In this document: piece by piece, positions 16,467 to 20,306 of the stretch | Numbering within the stretch: the first letter of the stretch is position 1 | How the letters are laid out: each line of letters begins with the position of its first letter | Origin: Gemmatimonadota bacterium | GTDB taxonomy: Bacteria > Gemmatimonadota > Gemmatimonadetes > Palauibacterales > Palauibacteraceae | Assembly (NCBI GenBank): GCA_039588275.1 | Contig: JBDHAC010000072.1 | Coordinates: 1-20,306, forward strand | Direction of reading: 5' to 3' | DNA length: 20,306 bases | Notes under the pieces: generated by a model | Told to the model about the DNA's origin: nothing | Seen by the model: the letters and a program-made list of their open reading frames with translations, nothing else | The model's database searches: none | Position numbers and translations under genes: made by a program

Positions 16467-17147
16467 CTACCGGATCCGGGCTCCCAGGCCGACCGTGATC
16501 GCGATGTCGTTCTGGAGCTTCGAGTCGCCAGTGATGGGTGACTCGAAGTAGGACGCGATGTCGCGCAGCTCGGTCCACAACGCGATGCCCGCCGAGAACG
16601 GGATCCGTACGCCGGCGGCCAGGGTCGCCACGGGGTCCGTGGAAGATGCCGCCTCGGTGACCTGCGTCTCGTCCAGGTCGAGATGCCGGATACCCGCGCC
16701 GAGCGCGAAGTAGGGTCGAACCGGACTCGCCGTGCCCGAGACGGGGACTTGATACACGATGTTCGCGACCGCGGTGATGTAGGTCGCGTCCCCGAGGTCT
16801 ACCGGTGCCGTCGGATCCACGACCTGCGTGGCCTGGAGCTGCGAGGGCGCGAACAGCCCGAAGGCACCCACGCCGAACGACCTGCTCACCCAGTACACGG
16901 CTTCCGCCCCGAACGCGACGTACGGGTTCACGACCGTGGCAAACTCGGCGTCGGGGTTCTCGGTCAGGTTCGAGAGCGGGGACATCCACCCCACGAAGGC
17001 TCCGATCTCCAAGCTGGTCTGATCGGCGACAGCCTCGTCCGCTTCGTCTGCCATTTGGGCCGAACCCGGCCCCGCCAGCGATAGGGTCAGAGACAGCCCG
17101 AAGGCGGCTCCCTTCGCCCAGCGTGTACCGCTGCAGCGTCGGATCAT
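16467..17147 (-). CDS. Small outer-membrane beta-barrel protein (OmpA/OmpW-like 8-stranded type)
   Basis: Signal peptide ending in GSA-Q, then alternating amphipathic strands (LEIGAFVGW, FGAEAVYW, FGVGAFGLF, ITAVANIVYQ, VRPYFALGAG, LAAGVRIP, LWTELRD, IAITVGLGARI). The PYxxxGxG motif is typical of small barrels. Confidence 0.75.
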   Translation of the reverse strand: MIRRCSGTRWAKGAAFGLSLTLSLAGPGSAQMADEADEAVADQTSLEIGAFVGWMSPLSNLTENPDAEFATVVNPYVAFGAEAVYWVSRSFGVGAFGLFAPSQLQATQVVDPTAPVDLGDATYITAVANIVYQVPVSGTASPVRPYFALGAGIRHLDLDETQVTEAASSTDPVATLAAGVRIPFSAGIALWTELRDIASYFESPITGDSKLQNDIAITVGLGARIR

Positions 17148-17173
17148 TCTGTTCCTATTCCTGTGGATCGTTA

Positions 17174-17257
17174 GGATTCTCGGATCCGCACCACGGATTC
17201 TCGCGGCCGCGACGCGGATTCTCGGGACCGCACCGCCGACTCTCGGCGCCGCACGGC
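17174..17257. repeat. Degenerate 21-bp tandem repeat, 4 copies, intergenic (core GGATTCTCG...CCGC)
   Basis: ggattctcggatccgcaccac / ggattctcgcggccgcgacgc / ggattctcgggaccgcaccgc / cgactctcggcgccgcacggc. Confidence 0.85.
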
Positions 17258-17259
17258 TA

Positions 17260-19926
17260 TTAGCGGGTTCTCACCACCGTGACCTGCGGCCGAACCGCCT
17301 GGTTCAGAGCGTTCCCGTTCGGACTCGTGAGACTCAACGCCAGTGCAGGCGAGTCGAGGCCCGACACGAGCGCAAAGTAACGTACCGTCGATGCCCCTAC
17401 GTCGAATTCGAGGGCGGCGGTTTCAAACCCCAGCGGCGTGGCCGCCAGCGGGAAGGGCACGGGGAAGCTTGAGCGCGCGGCCGGGCTTTGGCTGAGCGCC
17501 GAGAACACGTCGCGGAACTGCCACGTCAGGATGCGATACCGATCTCCCAACTCGTCCACGCCCGCGTCGTCCGCCGCGATCGCCGCCGAGAAGTCGGCGA
17601 GCACATCCTCCCAAGGGCGACTCGTCGCCCGCTCGACGTTTTGAATCCCGCGGTCGCGATTCCGACCACCCGCGGCCAGGGATCGGAAAAACGCGCGTGG
17701 GTCACCGCCGGCCTGGTCACCGAGCCAGCGTAGCATGAGCCATCCGAATCCGCGCATCTGATGGCCCTCGACTCCGCCGGGGTCGGAGCCCGCGAGCGTC
17801 TGAGCGGCCGCCGGATCCGAAAGGAACACGCTCAGGTTGAAGAAGTTGCTCAGCTGGTAGGCGTTGAAGATGTCCGAAGCTTCTCGGGTGGAGGTCACCT
17901 GGTCGAAGGTGTAATTGCCGCGCTCACTCAGCTCGAGCGCTCGGAGCCCGACGACCTCCTCCGCGATCGCGGACAGCGCCTCGTCGAGCCACACGTCCTC
18001 GATCGCTCCGAACCCTCCTCCGGCGGCAAACACGCGCCGCTCCGCGTTGATCAGGTGCTGGAGCTCGTGCGCCACCGTCCCGCGGGCGTTCGTGAGCGCC
18101 TGCTCGCGACTCAACGCGATGCCGAACTCGGCCTCTGGATCCGGGACCGCGACGTACAGGATCTCGCCCTCGTTGCTGGCGGCGCACACTTCACCCTGCG
18201 GTCGGGCGTCTCCGCCTCCGCGCCCGGAAGCCGCCAGGTCGAGCGGCAGGAAGAAACCGCCGATTCCCCGATCACCTGGTGAAGACAGACGGTTCACCTC
18301 CGGTGTCAACAGAATGACGACCCGCCCGTTCCCATCGATGTCGGCGACACCGCCGAAGTAGGCCGTGTCGGTCGGAATGCCGACCACGTCGAGCTCATTG
18401 GCCAGGAGAGCCAGGTCTTCCTGGGTGAATCCGTCCGCCGGGACGCGAGCATCCTCGGCGAGGACGAGATGCTGTCGCACCTCGCGCACGATGGCCTGCG
18501 TCACGCGCGTGGTGTCCTCGCAGGAAGCGGTCAGGTCGGGTTGCGCCGCGAAGAAATGGCGCAGCGTATCCCCGACCGCCGGGGCGGCGGTCGCCGAGGA
18601 TTCAGTGGCCAGCGAGGCGGGGACGACGCGGCGGCGAAGCAGGCCCTCCAACGCGCTGGACCGCAGCCGTGCGTCCGGCTGCAACCGACCGCGCACTCCC
18701 TCGGCGAGCATCGCGTCGATCTCTCGCGGGGCCAACGATGTCGCGATCCCGCGCGCCGAGAGCTCGGCAGAGGATCGACCGACGAGCCTCATCCTCGTGC
18801 TGGCCGGCGTTCGCGCCGCGCTCCCGACGGCGACCCGGTACTCGCGCGGCGATGCGGAGGATGGGAACTGGAGGCACGCGACATCGGCCGGTCCACGGAC
18901 CGTGCGGACTTCGCCCACCGCCAGGTCCAGCGGGGGCTGGATCGGCTGGAGGGTGATCATCTCTCCGTTGCTCGGGTCTCCCGCTACCAGCACCCGCACG
19001 CCGACGTCGCGGGCGGGCCAGCATTGGTCCTGGAATCCGGGGACGACGATGCGCAGCGACGTGCCCGAGGCTTCGAGGATCTCGGCCGACTCACCCTCGA
19101 TCCGAACGTCGTTCTCGGAGGGGATGGGGCTGAATCCGCGTCCGAACAGGAGCGCCTCATCGCCGGCCACGAGCGGGACGCTGGCCACCGAATCGAGTCG
19201 CACCGTGCCCACGAAGTCGGTCGACGCGACCGCCGTGAAGCGGACCGTGTCCGACAGCACGCCTCGTGTGGCGAATGCCTCGACCCGGTACTCTCGTGCT
19301 TCCCGCCCGAGGGTGAGCAGCACTTGCCCGCGTCCGTTCGCGTCGGTGAGCGTCGTGTCAGCCGTCAGAATCGCGGACTGACCGGCGCCATCCGCAATAC
19401 GCCACGCGATGGCGATGCCGCCCGCCGGGGCGCCGCCACCCGACAAGGCCTGCACGGCGAACGGGATCGGCAGCTGACTACCCACCTCGGCTCGCTGGTC
19501 ATCCCCCTCGACGAGCCGCAAGCCGACCGAATCCGCGGCCATCGCCTGAACCTCGAAGTCGAGCGCTTCTACGTTGGCGGCGCTCGGGATGTCGACCTGG
19601 ATCCGAATCGGCCCTGGTGTTCCGCCTGCCTGGAATCCGGCCTCAGCGACTCCGTCCTGACCGGACACGGCCAGGTTCGGGAAGAGCTCTCCCTCTCCCT
19701 CCGAGAGGACGAACCGGACCGGGATCCCCTCGACTGGCGCCCCGAGCGCGTCCTCGACGCGGACCGAGATCGGCGGGTCGGTCATGTCGCCCGTCACGAC
19801 CGTGTCCACCGCGGGGGAGAGCGCGACGAGCAAGGTCGGGGGAGAGGCGGGCTCGGTGCTTCCCGTCTCGCCGCACGCAGCGATCGCGATCGCGACACAC
19901 GCGAGGAGAAGGCAACGCGCCCTCAT
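17260..19926 (-). CDS. Lipoprotein with N-terminal Ig-like (Big_1-type) and IPT/TIG-like domains and a C-terminal HEXXH zinc metallopeptidase (gluzincin, M30-like)
   Basis: Lipobox AIAIAA-C. Two Ig-like repeats (VRVEDALGAPVEGIPVRF...SGQDGVA; GDDQRAEVG...TLTDANGRG), then GRGFSPIPSENDVRIEG (IPT-like) and DIDGNGRVVILLT. TVAHELQHLIN (HELQH at 18055-18069) is followed by WLDEALSAIAEE as third ligand. Ends with a double stop TAA TAG. Confidence 0.8.
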   Translation of the reverse strand: MRARCLLLACVAIAIAACGETGSTEPASPPTLLVALSPAVDTVVTGDMTDPPISVRVEDALGAPVEGIPVRFVLSEGEGELFPNLAVSGQDGVAEAGFQAGGTPGPIRIQVDIPSAANVEALDFEVQAMAADSVGLRLVEGDDQRAEVGSQLPIPFAVQALSGGGAPAGGIAIAWRIADGAGQSAILTADTTLTDANGRGQVLLTLGREAREYRVEAFATRGVLSDTVRFTAVASTDFVGTVRLDSVASVPLVAGDEALLFGRGFSPIPSENDVRIEGESAEILEASGTSLRIVVPGFQDQCWPARDVGVRVLVAGDPSNGEMITLQPIQPPLDLAVGEVRTVRGPADVACLQFPSSASPREYRVAVGSAARTPASTRMRLVGRSSAELSARGIATSLAPREIDAMLAEGVRGRLQPDARLRSSALEGLLRRRVVPASLATESSATAAPAVGDTLRHFFAAQPDLTASCEDTTRVTQAIVREVRQHLVLAEDARVPADGFTQEDLALLANELDVVGIPTDTAYFGGVADIDGNGRVVILLTPEVNRLSSPGDRGIGGFFLPLDLAASGRGGGDARPQGEVCAASNEGEILYVAVPDPEAEFGIALSREQALTNARGTVAHELQHLINAERRVFAAGGGFGAIEDVWLDEALSAIAEEVVGLRALELSERGNYTFDQVTSTREASDIFNAYQLSNFFNLSVFLSDPAAAQTLAGSDPGGVEGHQMRGFGWLMLRWLGDQAGGDPRAFFRSLAAGGRNRDRGIQNVERATSRPWEDVLADFSAAIAADDAGVDELGDRYRILTWQFRDVFSALSQSPAARSSFPVPFPLAATPLGFETAALEFDVGASTVRYFALVSGLDSPALALSLTSPNGNALNQAVRPQVTVVRTR

Positions 19927-20306
19927 GATGGGTCCACCTTCCAGAACACGATCCCGCCCGCCTGCTTGCCGACGTCCACGCTGGCAGCCAGTCGACCCGC
20001 GGAGATATCGATGATGTCCACCGTGCCGGGCTCGCCACCCACGCCCTCCACGCTGATGAAGGCGTAGCGTGAGTCAGGAGAGATCGCGATCCCGTGCGGC
20101 AGCCGACGCGTGTTCCCGATGCGCGCCATCTCCGTTCCTTCGGCCAACCGCCAGATCCCGGTCGCCTGCCCGCCCTTGTAGGTGACGACCAGGTGCTGGC
20201 CGTCGGGGGTGATGTCCAGGTTGTAAGGCCCGGGCCCGGTGCCGAACCGGCGCACCACGCTCCAGCTCTCGGTATCGACCTCGAGCACCTCCGCGTTCTT
20301 GTTGCA
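19923..20306 (-). CDS. YncE/YVTN-type beta-propeller protein (C-terminal part; start outside window)
   Basis: About 40-residue repeats GPGPYNLDITPDGQHLVVT, RLPHGIAISPDSRYAFIS and GTVDIID...VDVGKQAGGI. Its stop overlaps the next start (ATGA at 19923-19926). Confidence 0.8.
   Translation of the reverse strand, partial: CNKNAEVLEVDTESWSVVRRFGTGPGPYNLDITPDGQHLVVTYKGGQATGIWRLAEGTEMARIGNTRRLPHGIAISPDSRYAFISVEGVGGEPGTVDIIDISAGRLAASVDVGKQAGGIVFWKVDPS

Noticed and set aside
17174..17257. Possible mini-CRISPR array
   Set aside because: The 21-bp period has no unique spacers of CRISPR length, the units are degenerate, and there are no cas genes in the window.

Overview
A high-GC (roughly 70%) bacterial window. 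Gene content and style suggest a diderm such as Gemmatimonadota, which is an inference only. The + strand carries the 3' part of rfbB/rmlB, then rfbD/rmlD, a secreted S9 peptidase and two tandem ~1,250-1,290 aa lipoproteins. Each lipoprotein is built from two [FG-GAP/VCBS repeats + ASPIC/UnbV] modules. A DUF819-type membrane protein lies convergently on the - strand. Next come two tandem PilX-like type IV minor-pilin paralogs, each with its own near-identical sigma54 (-24/-12) promoter and upstream dyad elements. The second paralog is frameshifted by an exact 11-bp tandem duplication. The window ends with a - strand operon: a YncE/YVTN beta-propeller (partial), an Ig-domain HEXXH metallopeptidase lipoprotein and a small outer-membrane beta-barrel. 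Small-scale oddities are a 15-bp and a 21-bp tandem repeat, and two overlapping mini-ORFs that link the two giant lipoprotein genes. I saw no RNA genes, CRISPR arrays or mobile elements.
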